Below are positions 53,001 through 61,400 of a stretch of 64,000 bases of DNA, in pieces (position 1 is the stretch's first letter; each line of letters starts with the position of its first letter). The position numbers and the translations under genes were made by a program. A model generated the notes under the pieces. That model was not told the DNA's origin and searched no databases. It was given only the letters and a program-made list of their open reading frames with translations. Source of the DNA: Candidatus Scatovivens sp. (GTDB lineage Bacteria > Bacillota > Clostridia > TANB77 > CAG-508); the NCBI GenBank assembly GCA_045646345.1, contig JAZRKN010000011.1:1-64000 (forward strand), given 5' to 3'.

Positions 53001-55949
53001 TCAAAATTTAGAGATAATGGTGTAAATTACACTTCTTATGGCTATAATAAATTATTTATTAGTGGAATGGATGGAGAATTTATTTCTGAGGATAATGGAC
53101 TAGATATCTATGTAAAATATACATTAGATAAAGATAAAGCAACATTAGAACAAAACAATAGAAACTATGCAGAAACAATATCTAAGAAAGATTTACAATA
53201 TACATCTGCAAAATTAGGTGATAATTATGCAACATATACACAAACAATTACTGTAGAAGAATCAAGTTCAACAGTTGAAGTTGAAAGATCTCTAAAAATA
53301 ATGGAAAGTGTATTAAGAAACAAAGCAATTGAAAGAGGTATTGAAAATATAGCTCAAGTTAATGCATATTCAGTTTGGTATGATAATGGAGAACCAGCAT
53401 CATTGGTTGATAGAAACTCAAATGCAGGTAACCAAATAAATCCAGATGATATTTCAACTTATGAAGACACAACTTATAAGACTGGTATAGCAATAGTTGC
53501 AAGTGGAACTGGATGGGATAAAGAAGACGCATTATCAAATATACATGAAGATATTGAATTTAATATAATTCCAGATATAACAAGACACATAAATGGTGTT
53601 GTTTGGGATGATGTAAGAAATGATACTTTAGGAACAGGAAATGAAGTACAACATGTTGGTGATGGTTTGAAAAATAGCGCAGCACAAAATAACAAAGATT
53701 TAATGAACGAAAATGTTGAGTTAAATTACAGACCAGAAGATAACATTAAAGAAGATAAAGACTTCGGTATAAGAAATGTTAAAGTAGAATTTATAGAAAT
53801 TGTAAAAATGCCAGATGCTTCTAGTGAAACAGGAGAACGTTATTACGAACAAATATTAGAAGAAGTAACTTGGGATCAACAACAACACATAAGAACAAAT
53901 ACAGATGGTAGCTATGAACTATATGGTTTAATACCAGGTACTTATGTTGTAAGATTTACATATGGAGATGTTGCAGATGTGAATATTGGAAAACTAGGAG
54001 AAAACTTTAATCCTAACGATCCAGTTCAAAAAGATATGCTTATCTTCAATGGCCAAGACTATAAATCAACTAAAGCTCAAGTAATAACAGAAACAAGAAT
54101 GGATGATATATTAGATAAACTTGAGATTGAAGGTGGATCAGATGCTAGAGACGATGAAAGAAGAAGACTTGAAGTAAATAGCTATTCTGAAGTAATGACA
54201 AATCCAAAAGCCGAAATCCTAAAAGGTGTAGGTAATGGTAAACAAAGAGCTGATAATACATATTTAACAACAAACAAAGAGAAAAATTCTAATACGGAAT
54301 TAGCTGTATTAGTAAATAAAACTCATATGTTTGCAGAGACTGTAGAATTCTTAGTAAAACCAGAGAAATTAACAGAAGACCAAATTAATCAAAGAGAGGC
54401 TGAATTAAGAGCGTTGCTAGGTAATGATTATGAAGTGTCTTATGAATTCTTGCTAGATTTATTAAAAGATGAAAAAGTTAACAGAGAATTTAAAATCAAT
54501 CATATTGACTTCGGATTAGAATATAGACCTGAATCAGAAATAAGACTTGTAAAAGAAATTGAAGAAGTTAAGTTAATTACAGAAGACAAACAAGTTTTAG
54601 TAGATTTATTCTTCTTGACAAAAGGCGAAGGAACAGATACAAAACATGAGATTGATAAAGAAAGATCTAAAGGTTTAGAACTAATTCAATTTGTATCAAA
54701 TAACTATAATATACTATTAAGTAACTTGACAAATGAAGAAAGACAAGGTTTTGTGTTCGTACAAATTGATGAAGAAATTCTACAAGGTTGTACAGTTCAA
54801 ATCAACTACAAATTTGAAGCAGAAAATAACAGTCAAGTAGATAGAATAGCAGTAAATCTAGAGAAGATAAGATACAAAGAAAATCCAGCAGCAAAAGATT
54901 TATTAGCTGAATATCCAAAAGCTGCAGAATTAGCTAAGACAGACTATACTGCATCAGGAGTTGCTGCCAAAGCTGTAGAAACTGATATGTATATGAGAGA
55001 GCCAGATGGACAAAAACTAGAATACAGAATCAGACCAAAAGTTTTAGTAAGCGAAGGTGCAACAGCAGAAGAAATGAAAGAAGCATACTATGGTAGATTT
55101 GTAGGATATGGTTACTATACTGGTGAAGAATCAGATTTAGATACAATTGCAAGTTTAAAATTTGATAAGATAATGGATTATGTAGATGTTAACTTAGAAT
55201 ACAAACAAGATTCTGAGCTAGATCTTACAACAGATAAATTCTGGACAAGAGTTAAGACTGTTGACTTAAAAGACCATTTGAAACAATTAATAAAACTTGA
55301 TGAAGCTGATATTAAAGAACTTCAAAATGGTAGAGGATACGATTACAAGACATTGTTAGTATCTGTAGATGACAGAATTAAAGATGATGCATATACAGTA
55401 AAATACACAAGCATGAAAGACGAAATAACAGATACAAATCCAAGCATTAGAAATAATGACTTATCAAGATTCTTATTACCATTAAATACAGTAGCAGATA
55501 AAAACAATAAAGAAGAAAGAGCTAAGGCTGTTGCTACAATCAGATTACCACTTACAAAGGTATTATCTGCAGAATCTGATAAAGATGATATGACTTATGA
55601 AAACGTAGCTGAGATTATACAATTTACAACACTAACAGGTAGAAGAACAAACTTTGCTACAACAATTGGTAACGCAGATATTGCAGGTACTGTGCCAGAT
55701 GAGACAAAAGGTGAAAGAGAATTCGTAGCAGCTATAACAGAACACGATACAGCAGCAACAGAAACTGTTACATTAATACCTCCAACAGGTTTAATGAGAA
55801 ACAGAAGAGCTATTGTAAACGTAGTTCAAGCTACTTCAGTAGGTGTAGGAATTGTATTCATATTAGGAACAATTGCAGTAATATTAATAATGATTATAAC
55901 AATAGTATTGTTTGTAATCAGAAAATATAAGAAGAGACGTATTATATAA
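47085..55949 (+). CDS. Giant surface protein (2954 aa) with Cys/His-rich insert, DUF11/SdrD-B-like domains and PPTG anchor
   Basis: AGGAGG RBS; signal peptide; GDRVTYK repeats; ISGKVWLDKDRDG and INGVVWDD; IPPTG + TM + RKYKKRR. Confidence 0.8.
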   Translation: MKTIKKICLLVLMLIITVSVIKYTVISNATEIEEQIISEEVIDVENNMTSEILPNMQEDTQGILEENSANLENAYGNELVSISENVSAITNVETEYVVKTTTTTNQIVNLINTFLNNSVNRPEGVYNYYTGVDIENWLERNIYTLPNIASLEYGETLDSYDEDAILEFPHNASITKNMNEYVEFDNSTWYRHSPKLKGKPTIFKEVYDNYVPANNSDIKTQVAYSNYNAKRIYPYWELGSIIGTNDLKDLNNHHDTQYVDAHRIPYILAFLEKGSENFMTSPSDAQKALWGATGAGSYQYSDLYKASKAVEYFLNVEKEDHPTSLNVKLPSGAQVGTVYSVTTADLDAMYEAIGGAGFVGEAQPEITFDKTAKVKVGPFVMGDYAYAISEYVEDFSGTDKDSKAKLEWPSIIAGIVGGKITLDDGTTMEIGTSSGSTAKICYTDWYNNVPYDYVASELGKSVGDVRGELRGSNAHYISVPKKEGTYGSGNKWNKMGANTKTSMGQAPAQVYDLKVTIREGGQDVDYPFPLPYSTFYIEIPVSACGHGNVLSSITFDYRTTEVTGEGDVIIVRAAKTTTSFSKDKNYTIIEGIFGIEETIEKPCTNYTHRGGCYCDGGHYSKTCHDCNCDDYCILDCSSDHHTSSCYTQKTCSDSNHKHDSSCTGKELTCTTSHAHSKPDCYKCCTCSGHYWTYSGVDCDGTCECDGHPNTVYCERNGEWAYCEHYHRECTTGYNEVELGPDGDGATHGGTVYGQPLVRIDEAKVKVGTYEYTKSVNVRLFSVINRSAKIVFVWHGWDEGVTYEGNENLSGFFDFTDFSYTDPKPAEVGDRVTYKVSYENKTADDYFAYVRANYPADITANSLTDIKVKTADLFDKGSALINKFFNLDLLNTTFIKPDANNMQHIVNTGASRTGSAKVLLKGRDTLNFFVQFIFTTDWKMNPNTNEYYSLVADITSRDGKAKSTTDMSIDFARRPYMNNIDFVRTKYNSGDPRHLGPVMTKVTWIPDTPKHKEYTVNINKYIYDVNHANGNTLYTMNASEERGINHDDSITNNTLNYDGVKAKHDAQEPLKQQNPVYVEYGDRVTYKIELSNTKIIDREEHPYYEPDKVYVTLVDELPLKYSELKYTIESIGEEGAEEQKAHLQVSTPPDKSTSGTRQKLTFKDIMIPKNGTTTITISLVVEEHTKGTVEQNRAYIDTNEGVYNFNRGDLRERQALEVCTITKHTKITGDSSDWYKLNDYKVDIDKYISSYRSEVHDRNEQSHFTQETPIIGKAGLSSFFENGTMVTGTTVAANEDTRRKGMSNTDKSNDPVQAEKTDDLIYTIKLQNLTKETSNSFVGGNKNRTAVRVSKVIEEISQGIDVKEVKAYIYYSSGSRKRDITQYLHITPDISDGATKYEFTLDHVYNTLLMQNEYVVFYVRAKVSESNMSLAKLTNKATLAVLTNINTPDTTDINSSSEDGRVVKEEQPGGYNENTITNSSSTEYIRMKDLVISGKVWLDKDRDGKMEAEDLSLLTDKEKELYKANGAMAGKAGVEVRLYREGQATPVRITYTDGSGKYTFSKSGGAWCENSFNGSGPNYNAGTNYQRIDKATGKDGFGNYTSGSAYIKYYIEFVYDGVLYKSTELYSRPDYDAMSRADQGMTNLTGGGNYNNNYLYDSNAAEKDDVRKTFNTKYEYVTYNAALTGPNGGTNPGGTLNFDKIGHTSLLKENPERAMTARTFINDETNEDNYLWLYTGSGVGGPNTEYLKYINLGLELREEVDISLTKDVYKVKTTINGETMEYSFNENYGLNGVGAGLGGSNPTANEYLNDFIIAKPYGLELYESDYKYRADQYFADKVIEYKGIASELNVEVTYRITVDNKPISDDDEVKKTKDYVTETNLLVKVNEIMDVYEDNFIKYGARPNNEITVKTKNAGGYLEDLKVKTIEAWYYKDVGDGNGNYRRLKEETPTQKPTYEEFAGGRYQKVDLIVSDASKFRDNGVNYTSYGYNKLFISGMDGEFISEDNGLDIYVKYTLDKDKATLEQNNRNYAETISKKDLQYTSAKLGDNYATYTQTITVEESSSTVEVERSLKIMESVLRNKAIERGIENIAQVNAYSVWYDNGEPASLVDRNSNAGNQINPDDISTYEDTTYKTGIAIVASGTGWDKEDALSNIHEDIEFNIIPDITRHINGVVWDDVRNDTLGTGNEVQHVGDGLKNSAAQNNKDLMNENVELNYRPEDNIKEDKDFGIRNVKVEFIEIVKMPDASSETGERYYEQILEEVTWDQQQHIRTNTDGSYELYGLIPGTYVVRFTYGDVADVNIGKLGENFNPNDPVQKDMLIFNGQDYKSTKAQVITETRMDDILDKLEIEGGSDARDDERRRLEVNSYSEVMTNPKAEILKGVGNGKQRADNTYLTTNKEKNSNTELAVLVNKTHMFAETVEFLVKPEKLTEDQINQREAELRALLGNDYEVSYEFLLDLLKDEKVNREFKINHIDFGLEYRPESEIRLVKEIEEVKLITEDKQVLVDLFFLTKGEGTDTKHEIDKERSKGLELIQFVSNNYNILLSNLTNEERQGFVFVQIDEEILQGCTVQINYKFEAENNSQVDRIAVNLEKIRYKENPAAKDLLAEYPKAAELAKTDYTASGVAAKAVETDMYMREPDGQKLEYRIRPKVLVSEGATAEEMKEAYYGRFVGYGYYTGEESDLDTIASLKFDKIMDYVDVNLEYKQDSELDLTTDKFWTRVKTVDLKDHLKQLIKLDEADIKELQNGRGYDYKTLLVSVDDRIKDDAYTVKYTSMKDEITDTNPSIRNNDLSRFLLPLNTVADKNNKEERAKAVATIRLPLTKVLSAESDKDDMTYENVAEIIQFTTLTGRRTNFATTIGNADIAGTVPDETKGEREFVAAITEHDTAATETVTLIPPTGLMRNRRAIVNVVQATSVGVGIVFILGTIAVILIMIITIVLFVIRKYKKRRII

Positions 55950-55965
55950 AATAGTTTCTAAATAT

Positions 55966-56004
55966 AAGAAAAGCGCTTAGAGAAATCTAAGCGCTTTTTT
56001 CTTA
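55966..56004 (+). terminator. Intrinsic terminator of the surface-protein operon
   Basis: AAAAGCGCTTAGA-GAAA-TCTAAGCGCTTTTTT. Confidence 0.85.
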
Positions 56005-56314
56005 TGCTTTTTAATTTAAAATGAAAAATGATATAGCAAAATATAGGTGGGATTCTTTTTAAAATGACTTTTAAGAGGAAAATAGAAAACAGCAATGAAA
56101 TTATATTAAAACAAAGGAAAGTATGTTAAATTTGAATTTGGAACTTAAACAAGGTTAAATAAAAACATAAAAAATTTTTGAAAAAATAATTAATATTACA
56201 AATAAATTAAAATGTTAAAAGTATATTAAAATAGCAAAAAATAGCTTGTTTTACTGCAGTGTTATATGTATAATAAAATTGGAAAAAATTAATAATATGA
56301 ATAGGAGAAAAGTA

Positions 56315-57463
56315 ATGAACAGTAAAGAATGGAAAAGATGGCTGTTTTGGTTTTCTTTTGCAGTTGCTGCTATAGTTGTTTACAAAACAATTGATAGTGT
56401 TGCTGAAATTTTTGTGGCTATTGGAAGATTTTTTAATATTCTGAAACCATTTTTAATGGCATTCTTGGTGGCGTATATTTTGCATATACCATGTAGAGGA
56501 ATAGAAACAAAAATCAAGAAAACAAAAATTAAAATTATCAGTAACCATGCAAGAGGTCTTACAGTATTTTTAGTATATCTTATAACAATCTTAATTATAT
56601 TTGTAGGAATCAAGTTTATATTACCAAGTGTATCAAGTAGTATAACAGATCTTGCAAATAATATTCCGAATTATTATAACAATGCAATTGATTACTTTAA
56701 TAATTTAGATGAAGAATCTTTATTATATAAATTAAATATAAAAGAATATGTAGGAATGCTTCAAGATATTAAGATTGAAAGAGAAATTATAAAATGGATT
56801 AATATAGAAAATATTAGTTCATATATACAAGGAATAGTAGGGGCAACAAATTTAGTATTTGATGCATTTGTTACTATAGTAGTTTCAATTTATATGTTAA
56901 TAGAAAGAAGCGATATAAAAAGTTTCTTATATAATCTTTCAAAAGCAATTTTTGATAAGAAAACAAATGAAACTATTGCAAAATATTATAACAAAACTAA
57001 CGAAATTTTTTATAATTTCTTTACAAGTCAATTAATAGATGCATTTTTAGTTGGAACAATAGTATCTATAGTTATGAGCTTAATGAAAGTTAAATATGGG
57101 GTGTTATTAGGATTCCTAATTGGTTTATTTAATATTATTCCTTATTTTGGAGCTATAGTAGCTGTAATGATTGCTATTATAATAACTGTGTTTACAGGAG
57201 GTTTAGTTAAAGCTCTTTGGGTTGCATTAGTTGTAGTATCATTCCAACAAATAGATGCAAACATAATTAATCCAAGAATTTTAGGTACATCATTAAATTT
57301 AAGTCCAATTTTAGTAATTTTCGCTGTAACCTTCGGGGGAGCGTATTTTGGACCGATAGGGATGTTTTTAGGAGTTCCAGTGTGTGCCCTTTTAAAGGTA
57401 TTATTACTGGATTTCATTAAATATCAAAATGATAAAAAAGCAATGTTAGAAAATGAAAATTAA
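56315..57463 (+). CDS. AI-2E family transporter
   Basis: LKPFLMAFLVAYIL.IP, FNIIPYFGA, QQIDANIINPRILG..L.LSP, GPIGMFLGVP; ATG 56315 follows AGGAG. Confidence 0.92.
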   Translation: MNSKEWKRWLFWFSFAVAAIVVYKTIDSVAEIFVAIGRFFNILKPFLMAFLVAYILHIPCRGIETKIKKTKIKIISNHARGLTVFLVYLITILIIFVGIKFILPSVSSSITDLANNIPNYYNNAIDYFNNLDEESLLYKLNIKEYVGMLQDIKIEREIIKWINIENISSYIQGIVGATNLVFDAFVTIVVSIYMLIERSDIKSFLYNLSKAIFDKKTNETIAKYYNKTNEIFYNFFTSQLIDAFLVGTIVSIVMSLMKVKYGVLLGFLIGLFNIIPYFGAIVAVMIAIIITVFTGGLVKALWVALVVVSFQQIDANIINPRILGTSLNLSPILVIFAVTFGGAYFGPIGMFLGVPVCALLKVLLLDFIKYQNDKKAMLENEN

Positions 57464-57501
57464 CATGAATATTACATGGTGAAAAAACAATATAAAACAA
57501 T

Positions 57502-57542
57502 AAACCCTAGTGTTATATAAAAATAGCACTAGGGATTTTTTT
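57502..57542. terminator. Bidirectional terminator between convergent genes
   Basis: CCCTAGTGTTAT...ATAGCACTAGGG flanked by A and T runs. Confidence 0.7.
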
Positions 57543-57582
57543 TATTTATTAAATTCTATGTTGTTTTTTTATAATACTTGTT

Positions 57583-58170
57583 TTAATAAATAACAAATGA
57601 ATTTATAGTATCATTAATTACATTTGTATAATTGTTTAAATCTTCTAAAGGAAATTCGATATCTAATGTGTAGTAAGCGTTTGCTGTTTCTATCCATATT
57701 ACTTGAAGATAATATGGGGTTTTTGAATTTAAGTAATGTAAAGAATATGTATAAGCTTTATTTTTGTTATAATCAAATTCGTTTAATTCAGAAATATTGG
57801 AGTAATTTGTAAATTCATTAATATAAGTTTTTAAGTCTGCTGAGGCAATATCATAAAGCGTTTTTTCAGGTAATATAGTATTCTTAGAAACAAAAATGTT
57901 AAGATTTTTGGATGTTCTAAGTTCCATCAAATATCCGTCTTTAGGGGCGTACTGAGTGAATTCATAAGTCTTAAGAAAATCTAAACTAATGGATTTATCA
58001 TCACTATAAAAGGTTTTATTAGGTTTTTCAGCTTCTATTTTTTCTTCTTCTTTTTTTGATATGTGAGATGCTGTAAATATAATTCCTAATATTAGTGCTA
58101 TGCCAATTAGTATTACAATAGCAAGCTTTTTGACGTTTATTTTTTTTCTAAATTCAAATATCTGATTCAT
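57583..58170 (-). CDS. Membrane-anchored hypothetical protein (PsbP/DcrB-like fold possible)
   Basis: ATG 58170 after AAGGAG; N-terminal TM; C-terminal YTLDIEFP...INDTINSFVI resembles PsbP-like termini. Confidence 0.6.
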   Translation of the reverse strand: MNQIFEFRKKINVKKLAIVILIGIALILGIIFTASHISKKEEEKIEAEKPNKTFYSDDKSISLDFLKTYEFTQYAPKDGYLMELRTSKNLNIFVSKNTILPEKTLYDIASADLKTYINEFTNYSNISELNEFDYNKNKAYTYSLHYLNSKTPYYLQVIWIETANAYYTLDIEFPLEDLNNYTNVINDTINSFVIY

Positions 58171-58487
58171 GTTTTCTCCTTTAATATTAATATGATAATT
58201 TATTTTAATAAAAAAATCAATAAAGTAGCGCAAATATGAAAAAGAGGTTTTTTAGGCGATTTCTGTAATAAACAGGATTCTTTGCGGAAATAAAGACTTG
58301 CTGGTAAAAAGGTCGTTTTTTACAAAAAAGATATGTAAAAAATATACATTTGTTAAATCCTCTGAAAGCTATTTCCTTAAGTATATCTGAAGGCTTCCAA
58401 ATACCCCCATTGACTCTGAAATTCTTACTTATATAATTAATATAAATTATTTAAAATATAAGGAATATTAATTTTGGAGGAAACAAA

Positions 58488-61400
58488 ATGAAGTTTAATT
58501 TGAAGGGGAAAAAGTTAATACTATTAATTGCTTTGCTAATCTTTTTGGCAACAATTGCAATTTTTGGAATTAGCAGTAAAGAAATCAGCTTTATAAGCGC
58601 TATAACTAAATCAAGTAAAGATTTACAGTATTATGATGAGAATACTGTTTTTGTTCTGTTCACAAAATATTTAGATGAAAATCAATCAGTTATAGCAGCT
58701 ACTTCAGTTCAAACTCAAACAGTAGACAAATTAGATTACAAAGTTAATATTCCTCAAATAGATGGATACACTCCTCTTGTTAACGAATTAGAAGGTGTTC
58801 TTGATAAAGAGGGAATGGAATATTTAGAGTCATTAGATTATGTAAAAGTAGTAAAAAAAGAAAATATATATAATATTTACATAACAATTACTTATGACGC
58901 TGCAGCATCTGCTTATTCTGTTGTTTACTATGAACAAAAAGCGGACTTAAGTGGATACACAGAAGTAAGCAGAGAAAATTTTGGTGGAACAACTGGAAAT
59001 TATACAGGAGAAGTTTATACTGGTGATGAAGTTACAATAACACCTGAAGAAAAAACAGGATTTATATTAAATACTGAAAAAACAAAATTAAATGGTAAAG
59101 TAGAAGCTTTTGGTAAAAAAGAATTTGGAATTTATTATGATAGAAAACCATATTATTTATATACATTCAATACGGGTGATTCTTATTATGAACCAATGAT
59201 AGTAAAATATGGGCAAGAGATAAATTTAACAGAAGAACCAACATATAGTGGATATGTATTTGATGGTTGGAAATATTCTACTAGTATGGATGGAGAAAAA
59301 ATTGAAAAACCATCAACAATGCCTGCTTATAATATTTATGCAGAAGCACAATGGATTAGATCAGATACACATTATACATTATCATATTATACTCAAAATC
59401 CAGATGATGATGGATATACTAATATAGGAACAGCAGAAGTGGCTGCGGTGAGCGGTGATAATTTAAAAGACAAGGATCAAGCTAGCTTAAAAACAATTAT
59501 AGAAAATGGATTTAATACAGCAAGAGGAGATACAGCAGAATATTATTATTACAATGAAGAAAAAACAAAAACAGAAAATAATGATTTTGATATAGTGGTT
59601 CAAGGTAAAGGTATAACAGTTGTGCCAATATATTTTGATAGACATTTATACAATATAACATTAGATTTTGATGATGATGATTATTCAACTAGTGCATTAG
59701 TTACTAAAAATGGAGAAACACATACAGGAAGTTATACATTCCAAGCAAGATATGAGCAAAATTTATTAAAAGATTGGATAACAGCTAATGATTTTACAAC
59801 ATTCCCAAAAAGTTCTAATAGAACATATTATTTTAAGGGATGGCAGGCTGATGGAAATTCAACAACTTATGTTTCTTTGAGATTAAATTTGACATCAACA
59901 ATGATTGAAGATGCAGATTCAGATAGAAATATAGTATATAATGCTCAATATTCTACTTCTAGTACGTCAAGACAATTGATATACTTATTTGAAAGTTTTG
60001 ACCAAACTTCAGCAGCTTCTGGAGACACAAGAAGAAAATATAATGGAAAATTTTACGATGAAGCAAGTGAATATCGACAAACTGTATATACTAGTTCTTC
60101 AATGAGTGCTAAAGAAATTACAGGTGTTACAAGTATAGGACAACAATCAAGTAATGGAAAATATTATTTTTATTATAATAGAAATGTTTTAAAAATAACA
60201 CTTTATAATATGAACAATGTTCATATTGAAAAAGAGTTACTTTATGGACAAGGAATGGAAGAGTTCGTAGATACACAACTAAATCCAGAAGACTTTAGTT
60301 TGGAGACTCCAGGAACAAAAGATTGGATTTTTGAAGGATGGTATCAAGATTCTAACTTTAAAGTACCAATGGTATGGACAAATGATGATGGAACTTATAA
60401 AACGATAACAGATAATTTGGTGTTATATGCTAAATGGAGCGCACCAACATATACCGTTACATTTAATACAAATGGTGGTACTTGGACTGAAACAGATTCA
60501 AGATATGTAAAAGTTGATAATAATACTTATACATTAACAGTTGAAGAAGGAGAAAGTTTAATAAAACCAGCAAATCCTACAAAAATGGGAAATGTTGCTT
60601 CTGCTTGGAATTATGATGTGAATTCTGAGAGTGTTGAATACTTATTTAGTGATTCACAAAAAGTATATTCAGATTTGACATTAGATTTACAATATACACC
60701 AAACGCAAATATTCCTTACAAAGTTCGTTATATAGAAGCACAATATAAAGATGGAGTATTATTAGAAGATGTATCTCAATATACAAATATTGTAGATTTA
60801 GCTCCTGCGAAAGAAGTTTATAATAATACATTTGGAAGCACAGTATCTGAATTACCTTTAGATATCTATGATAATGAGAACGAGGATAATTATTTTGTTG
60901 TTAATTTGAGAAGTGAAGAATTAACATTAGTATCTGAAGATATTGAAGATAATGTAATTTACTTTATGTATGCGAAAAATCCGATAGTACCATATACAGT
61001 TTACTATGTAAAATATCAAGAAGATTCAAATGGAAATCCAATTAGATATGATTTTGGAGATATTCCATCAGATGATGTTTTATTAGGAAAGAAAAGTAGT
61101 ACAGTTGCTGCAGGATATGCAACTGAAATTGCAAATGATATAGATGGATGGACAATAAATGGCTCATATTCACAAACAATAAAATTAACATTAAAAGCAT
61201 CTGAAAATACAATGTATTTTTACTATAACGAGAATGAACAAGGAGAATATTTAATCAATTTCTTCTTTATGAATTCAAATGGACAATATGAAACAACACC
61301 TAATTATACATATAGAGCAGAAGAGGCAGCAGGAAAAGTTTTGTACGGAAAAGATTTTGATAAATTTACTTTTGTAGGTGGTGCTACAGAAGCAGATTAT

